64,000 nt of DNA from Octopus vulgaris (Eukaryota). Positions 1 through 12,858 of the stretch are shown here, one piece after another. The notes beneath the pieces were generated by a model that made no database searches, was not told where the DNA came from, and worked only from the letters and a program-made list of their open reading frames with translations. The stretch is taken from assembly GCA_951406725.2 (NCBI GenBank), contig OX597822.1:25234001-25298000 (forward strand). The letters run 5' to 3'. Position 1 is the first letter of the stretch, and each line of letters begins with the position of its first letter. The translations under genes and the position numbers were made by a program.

Positions 1-83
1 GGCTGTAACATCACTTTGCACAAGCCCTGCTAAACACTGCTTGTTACGGCCTACAAAACACTTCTTGAAACCATTCCATCCCG

Positions 84-338
84 GTAACCAACTGCTTGAC
101 AGAGATGGACGTCAAAAACTCTCCCTCATTCTCCCTATAGTCTAGTCCTGGCTTCCTGTGATTTTTGGTTGTTTCCCAAGCTAAAGGAGAACGTCTGGGG
201 CAGTCGTTTTGAAAACGTTGAGAAGAGAGAGCCTATGACAAGGGTCCTGGACACCTTCATTTTCATGGAGTCATCACAAAGTGATTGGAGCGCGACAAAT
301 GCATTGAAATCAGAGGATCCTACTTTGAAGAAGACTAG
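84..338 (+). mobile_element. Mariner (Tc1/mariner) transposase C-terminal relic
   Basis: Translates across frameshifts to LPHSPYSLVLASCDFWLFPKLKE (cf. mariner HPPYSPDLAPxDFxLFxxLK) and ends KCIEIRGSYFEED* (cf. KCIxxxGxYFE). Confidence 0.85.
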
Positions 339-486
339 AGTTTTGAACTTTGGAATTGATTAAATGTCTGTCCTGAAAACGTCTTAAGCAATATGGAATG
401 CAATATATAAAATTCTTATTAGTGATAAACCAATTATAATGAGGTGGCTAGCAAGACTTCTACCTAAGCAGGTATAGTATGAAATA

Positions 487-651
487 TTTGAATAAAAGAA
501 GGGTAAAAGATTCCGCTTGCTAAAGATGAAAGCGAGAGCTTCAAAAACCACATATACTACGATGAATACACGTATTTATCGTAGTATTTGTGGTTTTTGA
601 AGCTCTCGCTTTCATCTTTGGCAAGCGGTATTTTTACCCTTCTTTTATTCA

Positions 652-653
<2 letters not shown>
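487..653. repeat. Near-perfect palindrome (~83-bp arms, almost no loop) abutting a (TA)n tract
   Basis: TTTGAATAAAAGAAGGGTAAAA...CTACGATGAATAC is mirrored by GTATTTATCGTAG...TTTTACCCTTCTTTTATTCAAA with few mismatches. Confidence 0.95.
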
Positions 654-654
<1 letters not shown>

Positions 655-717
<63 letters not shown>

Positions 718-777
718 ATATAAATAAGGATAAGATCGTTAATTTAAAACATAATAACGATTTTATCAATTTTAATA

Positions 778-811
<34 letters not shown>

Positions 812-833
812 GTTTGAATATATATATATATTC

Positions 834-907
<74 letters not shown>

Positions 908-931
908 AATATATATATATATATGTATATA
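655..931. repeat. Interrupted (TA)n microsatellites
   Basis: Direct reading. Confidence 0.95.
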
Positions 932-1110
932 GGGAGAATTCACAAAAAATAAAACAAAAGACAGGTGGTGTAGATAACAAACAGATGTATTAGCATAACG
1001 CTCGGGAAGTGAAAAAGTTTTTAACGTTTCGAGCCTAAGCTCTTCCACAGACAGGGACACAGAAAGAAACAAGGAGAGAAAATAAAGAATGTGTAGTGGC
1101 TAGCGATCTA
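932..1110 (-). mobile_element. Penelope-pLTR-like non-coding fragment with a degenerate hammerhead (1019-1052)
   Basis: Minus strand reads CTGTGGA-A-GAGC ttag GCTC-GAAACGTT; the downstream sequence resembles 40690-40790; 3' end abuts (TA)n. Confidence 0.5.
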
Positions 1111-1586
1111 TCATGGCGAAGGCCGGACAGAAGGGTCACACAGGAGAGCTAGGGAGAAGGGGAGATAACAAAGTGGTGGTGATTCCAAAATGAAGGTGTG
1201 TGTGCGTGTGTATAAGAGAGTTTGTATGTGCGTGTTGAAGAGGGCTGGTGACCTTAACGTGTGCATGTGCGTATGTGTAGGTGTGAAAATGTGGGTCTGG
1301 GAAGTGGTCAGGATATTATATTTCCAAGGAACGAGGTGTAAGAAGAAAGTTAGCTTCAAGCAATCCGTAGTAAATATTAAAAAAAAACCCATCTTTCTGG
1401 GACAATAGTGGATTATTGAGACGGAAAGTCAGGTCAAGGGTATTTTGATTTTCATTCAATCAAGATACCTTTGGCCTGACAAGTAACCTGCAATATACAC
1501 TTCGCTTGGATATCTACCACTTCTGAGTTTCTGTTCGCTATGAAGTATATGTTGCTCGGATCTTATCTACTCCATTTCTTAACTCT

Positions 1587-2120
<534 letters not shown>

Positions 2121-3173
2121 GATTGCTTCAAATGCTGGCACAAGGCCAGCAATTTACAGGGAGGGGCTAAGTCAATTACATCGACCCCAGTGTTGAAGTG
2201 GTACTTATTCCGTCGTTCCCGAAATGATGAAAAGCAAAGTTGAGGTCAGTAGTTTTAGATGGAGGAGATGAATTAATACACACACACATACGCACCCTCC
2301 ACACACACACACACACACATATATATATAAATATATATATATATCACATCGGTAGTAAGACACTCCTTTTTTTCTTTTTTCATTTTTAGCCACAAGCTAT
2401 TCGGTGCGACATCAACAGTTACTACCGATTGATAAACCTAACCGATTCCGATAATGTTGACACAAACCAATAGAATCCGTTGCACTACATTACTGGTATG
2501 TAATTTTTTGGGGGGCAGAGATGAAAGGCTCATTTGGCCCCTAATCTGACCCCGACTCGACTTTGAGTTCAGTACGTAAATGGACATTACTATTCACTGT
2601 TTCTGTAAACCCGCTGCCCTTGTCTGAATAAATATGTTAATAGGTGCAGAGGCGCAGCAGCTGTTAGCTACATTCTGACTGAAACGGCATTGCCTAAGAT
2701 CAAACGAGAGTGGTTCTGTGTTTCACTCGACCTATTAGAAATAGCACTCAAGCTTTCCACATATAACATTCCATCAATCTTAAAAGGATAAAAAAAGAAG
2801 ATAGGGCATATTGATATTATAATCCGAAGAGATATTGTGCTTGAAATAAAGACAGATTCGTTACGGATGGTATGCCTTTGATCATAGGTTAGCTCATTCG
2901 GAGATCACTTGGAGCTAAACAGCAGCAGCAGCAGCGATGTCGGCGACGACGACCAAGACTGCCTTTTGCTGTAATCGTCGCAGAATAAACAGAGGGAACT
3001 TGTAAGTGGATCGTTTTCTTTTTCTAGAAATAGCAGTTAAATTTCCATAGACCACATCTTATTCCTTAAACATATTCCTTAAACATATAGGCTGGAATAC
3101 CTCTGATCATCGGTTTGACTAAGCATAGCTAATATTGGAGCTTGGCAAAAACAATAACAACAACCAATATACC

Positions 3174-3390
3174 TATTTCTTTAATACCCACAAGGGGCTA
3201 AACACAGAGAGGACAAACAGGGACAGACAAACGGATTAAGCCGATTATATTGACCCCAGTGCGTAACTGGTACTTAATTTATCAACCCCGAAAGGATGAA
3301 AGGCAAAGTCGACCTCGGCGGAATTTGAACTCAGAACGTAGCGGCAGATGAAATCCTGCTAAACAATTCGCTCAACGTGCTAACGTTTCT
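3174..3390 (-). mobile_element. SINE family 1 (tRNA-like head, tail type A), 5'-truncated
   Basis: Reverse complement of the unit at 44937-45169, including B-box GAGTTCAAATTCC and tail ...AAAGAAATA. Confidence 0.85.
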
Positions 3391-3724
3391 ATCCAACTGC
3401 ATTCTGCAAAGTTCACCTGTATGTCAAGAAGTGAAGACGCTCTAGAAAGAGCTACATACGAGTGTTCATGAGAATTATCTACATTATACAATCAGGCTAT
3501 TATTTAATTTATCGACCTTGAAAGATGAAAGGCAAATTGACCTGTGTAGGATTTGAACTCGGAGCACAGAGATCCAGGACTCAGTCGGTCCTTAGACGGT
3601 TCCAGCTTAAGTGAGAAGAGGTTAAAATCTCTTCGCTTAACACTTTTCTATTCCATGTAATGTTTTCTAAAATTTTCAAAATTTGGGGTATTTTTTCCGT
3701 CGCTCTTAGTAATTCTGCCGCCAC

Positions 3725-3975
3725 CTGCAATTCACTAATCCTGCCTGTATAAGCTTTTCGCGCCTGGAATGAAGCGTTCATTTTACGAAAACCGGCTTAC
3801 TGTTTACGACGTTTATCTAGGTCGACCGTATAGATGACAAATTTGCTTTCTGTGTAGACGGTGATGTTGAAATGTGGTCAACCTATGCTGTCCCTATCTA
3901 CTGCCCTACAGAATACTGTATCTAGATACGAACCAAGATGATCCTATGCAGTTTGTCTCTGTCCACATTGGCTTC
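3725..3975 (-). mobile_element. Decayed Tx1/L1 ORF2 endonuclease fragment
   Basis: SYLDTVFCRAVDRDSIG*PHFNITVYTESKFVIYTVDLDKRRKQ*AGFRKMNAS aligns to TYLDRILIREKDKSIVECPQFFLVSYSDHKMVTCKLTVDKLHRQGSGYWKLNTS of the 14425 ORF2. Confidence 0.75.
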
Positions 3976-6453
3976 AGATCAAAATTCTCATAGAACAAAT
4001 GTAAACTAATATGTTTTTTAAAAATATTAATTTCTAATATTTTAACAGGCCCCAAAATTAAATGATCCCCCGTGCTTCGTGAATGATTATATCTTAATGA
4101 TTCAGACGGACAGAAGGTATAACTATCATAGGATTTCATACTAGATGTGTAGGGATGTGGGAAAATACCAAAAACCATTATGTATGCCGAGTTGTATGAT
4201 TCTGCTTGCTTCTGTATTTAAGGTTAAACTCTTTTAAAATGCTAGACATATATACCAGACTCAAATTAATTTTGTAGGAGGAATATAAAAAAATAGGCGG
4301 TTGTAATGTCTATCATTGACATCAGTAAACTAAATGAATTAAAGCGATTCTTGCTGGAGATTGAAACTAAAACGTCATTCTCAGTTTGGGAAATTAATTC
4401 ATCTTCAAAACACATATTTCACAATTGAAAACTAAAAGTAAGGTAATTCAAATTCATTTGAAATATATTTGCGTTTAGATAGCATTTCCCTTGTTCTTTT
4501 ATAGATTTAAATTTGAGAGATGCTCCGTTAGCAGGGACTTATGAAGGTTAAAAGTATAACCTACCGTAATACTGAATAAATTAAAACAGGGAATAAATAA
4601 TAATTTCTCGATTAAAACTTGAAGAATGTTAATATTTTCAACAACGCCGAAAATTATTGAATTGAGAATTTATGGCCAAAATATTATTTTTACCCTTATT
4701 TCATTATTCACAGCCATTAAATCTCAGTTCTTTCTCTTTATTCGTTAATGAAATTACTCATATATATATATGTATATATATATATGAAACATTCCGTTTA
4801 GTTTTGTAGCTATGGGGGTGTTAAACTTGTAAAAAGAAACCCCTCATTAAATAAAAAATGACCGATTACCCCCCTCAAAATCACACTGCGGTTTGAGAAT
4901 GACCTTCGAACATGCTATCACCATTTATTAATCAGGAGTAGCATAAGAGTAAGGGGAAAATAACAAATATTAGTTTCTATAGCAAGATCAAGGCCAACAG
5001 TATTTCTCGATTATACTGCAAATAAGTGAATTTACTGAGAAATTACAGCAACCCTCTTGCTATTTTTTACTCTTTCAAAAGACAGACAAGCGGCGCTATA
5101 ATAATGGTTTGCTATCATTTTATTCTAATCTGTTATTCTACATGATTATAGGGAGTCACTTTTTGAATACAATAACATTTAGAAAATGTTTTATTCAAAT
5201 TTATTCGTGTTGTTTTTTTTTTTCAGTAAATGTTTCTAAGTGTTTTTAAAATTGAATTCTTTTCTAGGTCGTAAAGCGACTTGTGAAATATAGACAAAAA
5301 TAATCATAACAGTCTACTGTATTACGTGAGAAACACCGAAGTTTACAGACAACTCTAAAAATATTAGAAAACAAGCTATATGATTCTAGTAGGTGTGTCG
5401 TTTCTTAAGGACGTTAAAGCATTTTGATCCGGAGATACACGACGACAACGACTGGGAAACCTTTCCGAAAGAGTTTCGAACCTTATAACAAAGAGATGTT
5501 CTCCTACTGAAAATATTATTGCCTCTTTACTCACATCTCGTGCTCACATTTAACCTACAAAATATTTTGTATTATAGAACGGTCTTTAATTTTAATTCTG
5601 TCTACATTAATAACACCCATTTTCTAGTCATAAAATTGTATTCAGAACTACCTAATTTAAAGAGAAATCTTAAATTCCTTTTCGAATTTAAATAATTCGT
5701 TTGTCAGATTTTATTAATATTCTTCAGTTATTTAATATAGTATTTTTATTATATAACTTCAATATGTACTGGGTATAAGTTTTCCATGTTCACCGCACAT
5801 CTTAATAGACCCGGGGTTCTCACGGTACCAAAATCTAAATATTTAACTTAACGAGTAGGTTGCTGATTATTTCGGAATCTTTTGAGCCTCTTTAGGTAAT
5901 CTCCAGCAGGTCCAATGGGTAACCTTTATAACCAACTTGGGCTCTCAAATTTGGGATATAGTTTGACTGACGTCCACTAAAGCTATTTTCATCTACAAGG
6001 TTGACACAGCTATGCTAAAAGATACTTGCTCAAAATATCTTTAAAGAGGTATTAAAAATGAAATTGAACAGCAAACTTAAACACTGCTATCCATGTAAAC
6101 CGTCTAAAACATTTGTCTGTGCAGAATAATTCAATTGGATTTACGTTTTTGTGTTGCTATTTTTTAGCTCCTGGAAAGCGACTTGTTTCAGTTATTGTGC
6201 AAATGTTCTTTTTTCTTTCTGTACTTTTGTATGCTTGTCGTTTAACCCTCAGAATACTTGTTTGCCAAAGCTTATGTTCAATGGCGTTCCAGTTATCCTT
6301 TCGTTTTCTAAATTTAAACATTGCTTGCTATAGTGAAACATTTTTGTAAATCGACAGAGTAAGATATGAAGGAACTCGGTTGGTATTTCTATCAGACAAG
6401 GCTCCCTCTTTGGCTTGATTGGATTGCCACTTTTGTCCGATAGCTTTAGTTTC

Positions 6454-6868
6454 GGATCTTATCGGTTTGAACGGCAGTTTTTTCTAGCGGTGTCATATGA
6501 AATTGTCACCTATAATTATGACCCTAGTATCGATCTATTGCATTTCAATCTGTGTTAGGGTTAGTTACGGTTAGGGGTGGGGGAAGGGTATCTTTTTTTC
6601 TTCACAAATGTAAATAAACCCAATCTGTTCCTTAAACGAGGGACATATTCATACGGCACAAAATGTTTTTTACCTCAATAGACGTCACTGATTGGTTGAA
6701 ATTGCAGAAATTGAAGAAAAACAACAAATATCTTACAAACTATAAAATGTTCTCAAAGCCAAGAGAAAAAGATGTTTTATAAACACATTCTAGCAGTATA
6801 CGAAGTTTAAATTTTTTTTAGTTACCTAGAAATTATGTTAAAAACTGCCGGTCAAACCGAAAAGATCC
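6454..6868. mobile_element. MITE / non-autonomous DNA transposon with ~29-bp TIRs
   Basis: GGATCTTATCGGTTTGAACGGCAGTTTTT ... AAAAACTGCCGGTCAAACCGAAAAGATCC; internal TTAGGG-like run; no clear TSD. Confidence 0.8.
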
Positions 6869-6911
6869 CTCAGCTTCTAGTAGAGTAAATCTATTATACA
6901 ATTTTTTTCAG

Positions 6912-8672
6912 ACAAAATGCATCAATACCCACACTGGACAGGCCGAAGTCCAGATTGGTGACACGTACTGGGAGCTGTATTGTTTGGAGCATGATATCCA
7001 GCCAAATGGCGAGTTATCATTTGCAGGATCTACTGGTGTTACTGTTTCGACAAGCAAGTTCCTCCTTGACTTAGGCACTAGGAAACGTATCCCCAGATCC
7101 ATACTCATCTATTTAGGACCCACGGTTATTAGTAAGTATAAACGTTTCATATAGTTTTCATTACAGGATTAAATTAAACAACGAATTGACAACCCACGCA
7201 TTTAATGTTTTGTTAAATCAATCTTCTGTATTAACTTTTCTGTTGGAAAGAGAGTTCAATCTTGTGCCGAGGTGAAGCAGTGGCTCTTTTTTTTCTTTGT
7301 CATATTCCCAAACATCGCTAGATAAATATTTTTTTTAAATATTGGAAAATATTTCAAAATTTTTGCACAATAGAACAGATAACTATAGTAAAATAAGTTG
7401 ACTTCAAAATCAGTTAAATGTGTTGATTAGCAAAATTCTGTTGTAAATTTTTTCCGTTATTTGTAAGTAATGATAGCAATATATTCTGTGAAATTATGTC
7501 AACCAAAATACTGGGGAAGTTAGAACTGTTATTAGATCGAACTGAATAAAGCGAGTTATGCTTAAAAATATTTAGTAATCTCTACATCTTTTTTTCTTCT
7601 GATAAAAGAACAACCTTTTAATTGATATGGTGTAATTGTTGCTCAATATCTTATTTTTCAGATGAAGTACCTGTTGGAAAATTTTACTCGAATCAAACCA
7701 TCAGTGGTAAGATGCAGCAAATGACTATGCCAGGAGTCGATATACAATATCGAAAGTGGTTTGGTATGTGAGCCAATCCTGAAATTCTCCGGCCTCCGAG
7801 GTTTCTGGATTTTATAGTTTCGATGGTGGCACTAGTTCTGGTTTTACATCTCTTTTAATGGAGATTTTGACTTGGGGGGAAAAAACAAAAAAGAAACTTA
7901 AATTTTCAGTTAGTCCAGCACTACGAATTTCTGCAGCTGTTGTAGAACCGTACAATTCTATATTAACTCCTATTCTTGAAGACGTTAATATGTTGTCTAC
8001 TCAACGTACAAGAATTTGAATCGTCCAGTTGCTCAAATAGTGAGCTCCGTTACTGCTTCTTTAAGGTTTGATGTGTCTCTTCATGTTGATTTAACTGAGT
8101 TTCAAACCAATTTGTTAGCTTGTCCACGGATTCATTTCCCAATACTTACGTATGTACCTACAATATCAGTTGAGAAAGTGTTGCATTAGCAGTTAAACGT
8201 AAAATAACAAAATTCTTGTTTTGAACCCTGTAATCACATGCAAATGTGACCCTCGCCGTCGGAAGTACATGGCTTGTCTGTTGAACCGAGGTGATGTCGT
8301 CTCGGAAGAGGTTAATGCTGCTATTGCAACAATTAAAACGAAAACACAAAATCCATTCAGTTTTTAAATTGGTGCCTAACAGGGTTTAAAATTGGTATCA
8401 ATTACCAATTTCTAATCGTTGTCCCTGGAGGAGACCTGGCCAAGGTCCAGCAGGCTGACCGTATCCTGAGCAATTCGACAACTTTTGCTGAAGCTTGGGC
8501 CCGTCGAAATTACAAATTTTACTTAATGTATGCCAAGCTAGATCTTGTTGACTATTATGTGGATGAAGGAAAGTTCTCTGAAGCGCAGGAAGATTTGGCT
8601 GCTCTGGAGAAAGATTATGAAAAAGTTGGTATTGACACAACTGATGGGGAAGAAGAGATCGAAGAATACTAA
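6912..8672 (+). pseudogene. TUBA: Unprocessed alpha-tubulin pseudogene (exon 6912-7131, intron 7132-7661, exon 7662-8672)
   Basis: Exon reads [33 protein letters not shown] (cf. [33 protein letters not shown]); GTAAGT...TTTCAG intron at the PTVI/DEV position; [16 protein letters not shown] (degenerate GGGTGSG); ends [27 protein letters not shown]. The second exon has several frameshifts and deletions. Confidence 0.93.
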
Positions 8673-9044
8673 ATCTTATTACAAATGGGGTGATATGCAT
8701 GTACACAGACGTGTGAGTATATATTGCTCCAATATTAAACTACGCAATTACTTTCCGAAATAGTGATTTTAAATTTTGGCACCATGCCATACTTCTTGAA
8801 ATACTGAAATCGCATTGTATTCCTGTTTTTGTTGCATATTGGAAATAATTCACTTAAAAACTTTTTCGAAGTTTTTAAATATTATCAAACCGTTATTACA
8901 TTCAAATCAGATATTTTTCTCATCTTAATTCATGACCAGATTCTGCCTCCGTATGTGAAGCAGTCGCATGGCTAATGAATAAAATCAAGTATCTAGATGG
9001 AAAGAACAAATTTTGTTAGTCAACGCTACTAGTAATTTTGGTGT

Positions 9045-9600
9045 AAGGCCAGAAAGTCTGAAGGGATGGGTAAGTCGATTAGATCAACCCCAGTAGGCTC
9101 AACTGGTACTTATTTCATCAGCCCTGAACGACAGCCGACCTCGGTGGTGATTGAACTTACAGCGTAGAGATGATGTTAAGCATTTTGTCCGGTGCAGTTA
9201 CAAGTCTCCAGGCTCTCCGCCTTGAACAATTCTTTCTACTATAGGCACAAGATCTGAAATTATGACCGAGGGCGGGATAGTCGACTACATTGGCACCAAT
9301 GATCAAGTGGTACTTATATTTATCGACCCCGAAAAAGATGAAAGGCAAAGTCGACATTTGCAGAAACTTAAGGGAGAAAATAAGTTGTTCTATGATACCA
9401 ATAATTAATGCAATGAGCTAGCAAAAACGTTAGCACGCCGGGCGAAATGTTTAACGGTTTTTCTTCTGTCTTTACATTCTGAGTTCAGATTCCACCGAGG
9501 TCGATTTTGCCTTTCATCATTTCGGGGTCGATAAATTAAGTACCAGTTGCGTACTGGCTCCCTCCCCAAAATTTCGAGCCTTGTACCTAGAGTAGAAAAG
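9045..9600. mobile_element. Cluster of three SINE family 1 copies (two minus partial, one plus 9415-9600)
   Basis: Shared core GCCTTTCATC.TTTCGGGGTCGATAAA..AAGTACCAG. Confidence 0.8.
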
Positions 9601-10059
9601 TATAGTACCAATAACTTTAGCCATCGAATGTTAAGGGTGTTATTATACACACGCACACATACCTACCTCTATTTTGCTTTATAGAAAAGCAGCCGAATCT
9701 AGTTAATGAATGTTAAAATAAACAAGGTTAGAAGCGAAAGTACAAAAGAAATTCGGTGGTTGTCGATGCAATGAATGATAGTTGCGTTGGTTTTTTTTCT
9801 CTCTTTTCTGTTTACGGTATTCAGATAGTAAACTATAGGTGTTAGTGTTATATATAAACGAAAGAAAAAAGACTAAAATGCTTTATCATGGAAAAATAGA
9901 AGTATGTACCGGTTATTTTAGACGACCTCTTGATGCTGGAGTAAAATGGAAAGAAAAACTGAATTCAACTTTCATTTCAGTTGTGGAAGTTCATACATTT
10001 TTCACAGGGTGTTGTATTTTTTGTTGTATGTTTCTTTTTCTTTATGGGACACCTCGAAG

Positions 10060-10437
10060 AACATGAAGCTATAAATAGCGTGTAAATATTCGATTACAAA
10101 AGAATTTGGATAGAAAAAGTTGAAGGTTAAGAATGGCGTTTGATTCGATCAATTCATATTATGTAATGGATAAAGGCTTCAATTTACTGTGGGAAGAGAG
10201 TTGCTTCCATTGTAGAACATAGTGATTGATTAGAGTAAGTAAGGCGGAAACCTGGCAGAATTGTTAGCAAGCGAACAAAATGCTTAGCGGCATTTTGTCC
10301 GCCTTTACATTCTGAGTTGGAATTCCGCCGAGGTCGACATTGTCTATCGTCTTTTCAGGGTCATTCTTAACCTTCAACTTTTTCTATCCAAATTCTTTTG
10401 TAATCGAATATTTACACGCTATTTATAGCTTCATGTT
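10060..10437. repeat. 76-bp perfect inverted repeat (10060-10135 / 10362-10437) enclosing a truncated SINE1
   Basis: AACATGAAGCTATAAATAGCG...AAGAATG mirrored by CATTCTT...CGCTATTTATAGCTTCATGTT. Confidence 0.93.
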
Positions 10438-11570
10438 TTTTTTTTTTTTTTCGAGAATTCTGAGCGGGAAGCTCTTATGTATCGAAAGCTCAGATTGATA
10501 TTCATATGAATGTGTGTGTGTGTGTGTGTATTTATAATCTCGTTTAATGAATAACAAAAGAACTATTTACGTAGTCACTTTCATTAGTTTACTGCTGTCT
10601 CTTCTATGAGGATTACACTCAATTGAAACTGGAAAGGCACGGATGAAGAAAAATGACCGATTTTACTTTTAACATACTTCGATATAGGTTGAAAGTATTC
10701 AGTAATAAAACGTGCACTAACGAGTTGCTCAACTATAATAATTAAAAGTACTGTGTGTGATATGTTGCAAAAAAAAACCCCATTAAAACGAAATTGTACC
10801 AATAGAGCTAAGTTCAATACCTTCATAAATGTATCGCTGCAAATCTTAATAAAGCAATATGCATCACAAGGAAAATACTCAGTATTTTCTAGGAGGGGTA
10901 TTAAATTGCAATTATACATAGCATTGGTTAACTCGATCGGTTAAAACGGACGACCACACTACCTATTCTAAATGTAAAAGAAGATGCATTGTATGTGTAC
11001 ACCCCACTTCTGTGTTTGTGTGCATCTCTATCTCGTATAAAATTTCAATGAAGAATGAAAAGCAGTGCTAAACATTATCACTCGCACATGCTCAATGTAT
11101 GTGTCATGTTTGTTCGCCAGGTTCGCTGCAGTATAGTGCTTGGGGTCTACTCCCCCAACACGTTGTGCATTATACAGCAGCAACCTCGTTGAACAAAAAA
11201 ACATACGCTGAGTACATGCGATCAATAATTCTCCGCCAAGCTAAATCGCGGTATACCGGCAAATACAAGGTGATTGTGGGTTAAGTATATGTGGCTGATA
11301 ATGTTTATTATATTAACGCTGCGTCTAGTTTATATTTGAATTCATTCTTACGTATGCATTGGCCAGGCATATATGCATATAGTTTGAACGTTATATGCAT
11401 ATAACTCTCAGCTCCGGTTCGAGAACGTGATGTTGGTAAGTCACAAAAATGGCAAAGCCTCTTGGATGAGATTTGGGGCAGTAATCTCACTGTGTCCATG
11501 TCTTTCGGGTGTTTTTATTTTATTTAAACGCAGCCTTCGAAATGATGGGGTGCATCTCTTTATGAAATTT

Positions 11571-12530
11571 TTAAAATTCCTCGCCATCCCACTTCGGAGC
11601 GATTTTGGCCAATTCTTTGTTTAAACCTAAAAACCTTGTGTAATTCTTTGTTGGTGTCGAAATGAATACATTGTTACTGCTTACAAATCGCGAGCAAGCA
11701 ACATAGAGTTGGCCATGACAGAGGCATGTATTAGAGAGATCAAGTCCAACTACCTTGAGGAACTGACCCTGAGATTTGTTAATTGAAATACCAAAACTTA
11801 ATTTGACTGGAAACTGAAGCGTTTTAAATACTAATGGCACATCTGAAAGCATGAGAGTAATTTTTGGAATAAAGACATTTTCTCCTTTGTGACTAACTGT
11901 TATGATTGTTGTCTGTAGAAAATGAGACTTCATGGAACTATAACAATTAATTACGTTCTATTACACAGGTGACATGAGTCAAGATTCCTAAGCAACCTAA
12001 TGGAAGCATCCAGTTTTAGTGTCAAGTTATGCGGTGGCATCCCAGTGGGTTTAAGTGTGTTCAGAAATATTCAACAGAGTATCGAACAACTCAATCTCGA
12101 TCGACTGTTGTGTCTTAACTTTTGAAAAAGTTCATGATTGAGTTTATCAAACATTTCATTAGTTGGAGCCAGTATAGCTCCTTCACATAGTTTACATCAG
12201 TTTATTTGACAGATAAATTAGGAAATACTTTATCCATAAGATCCCAAAGTGAAAGTATCATTTGATCGCGTGTACTTTCATGTAGCTGGTGACTTGGGTT
12301 GAATGTTAATATCCCATTACTAATCTTAAAGAGCTCGTACGATCATCTTGTAGAAGTGCTCTCACGGTGCTTTGCAAGAACTGTTACTCTTCACATGAGC
12401 ATGCTATTGTTTTATGTCTTGGAGGGTATGGTCAAGTACCTCTAGAGCTCCATGACGTGACTTAGTGCACTCATTCCAAACAATGAGGCAAGTTTGTTAG
12501 AGAACTGTTGCTATTGCAGAGTTCTTGGAA
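11571..12530 (-). mobile_element. Helitron RepHel relic (PIF1-family helicase C-terminus), disrupted
   Basis: QFPVKLSFGISINKSQGQ..VGLDL...HGQLYVACSR and upstream FLNTLKPTGMPPHNLTLK are Helitron/PIF1 helicase motifs; stops and frameshifts present. Confidence 0.9.
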
Positions 12531-12658
12531 ATGTTGTACATTTGAGATTCCTTCATTATAACCGGGACATTGTGAGATATTTCAGTGTCAAATGGAACCA
12601 ATTTGTTTACCGGATAGACCATTGGCACAGTCCTCTTTTGGCCGGACAGTATTGCGAG

Positions 12659-12721
12659 ACTGGTGAGCTGGCAGAACCGTTAGCACGCCGGTTGAAATGC
12701 GTAGCCGTATTTCGTCTGTCG
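12659..12721 (+). mobile_element. SINE1 5' head split by the LINE insertion (body continues at 18071-18252)
   Basis: GAGCTGGCAGAACCGTTAGCACGCCGG..GAAATGCGTAGCCGTATTTCGTCTGTCG matches the intact head at 44937-45001. Confidence 0.9.
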
Positions 12722-12858
12722 CACATGTGTTCGTGAAGTAAGAATTGCTGTTTCGTGGTGTTAATATTGTTAACAACTGTTGTTTCTTGTTAAACTGTTG
12801 AATAACTTAACTGTTGGAGTTTTCAATTGAAAACACTTAGTGCTTGTGGTAGCACGCG

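Noticed and set aside
5095-5520. Possible TATA/ATG-GT first exon of the tubulin gene and a coding-looking stretch near 5400-5500
   Set aside because: Motifs are common in AT-rich DNA; in-frame stop and no recognisable homology.
6555-6580. TTAGGG-like repeats
   Set aside because: Only 2-3 degenerate units inside a MITE; not a telomere relic.
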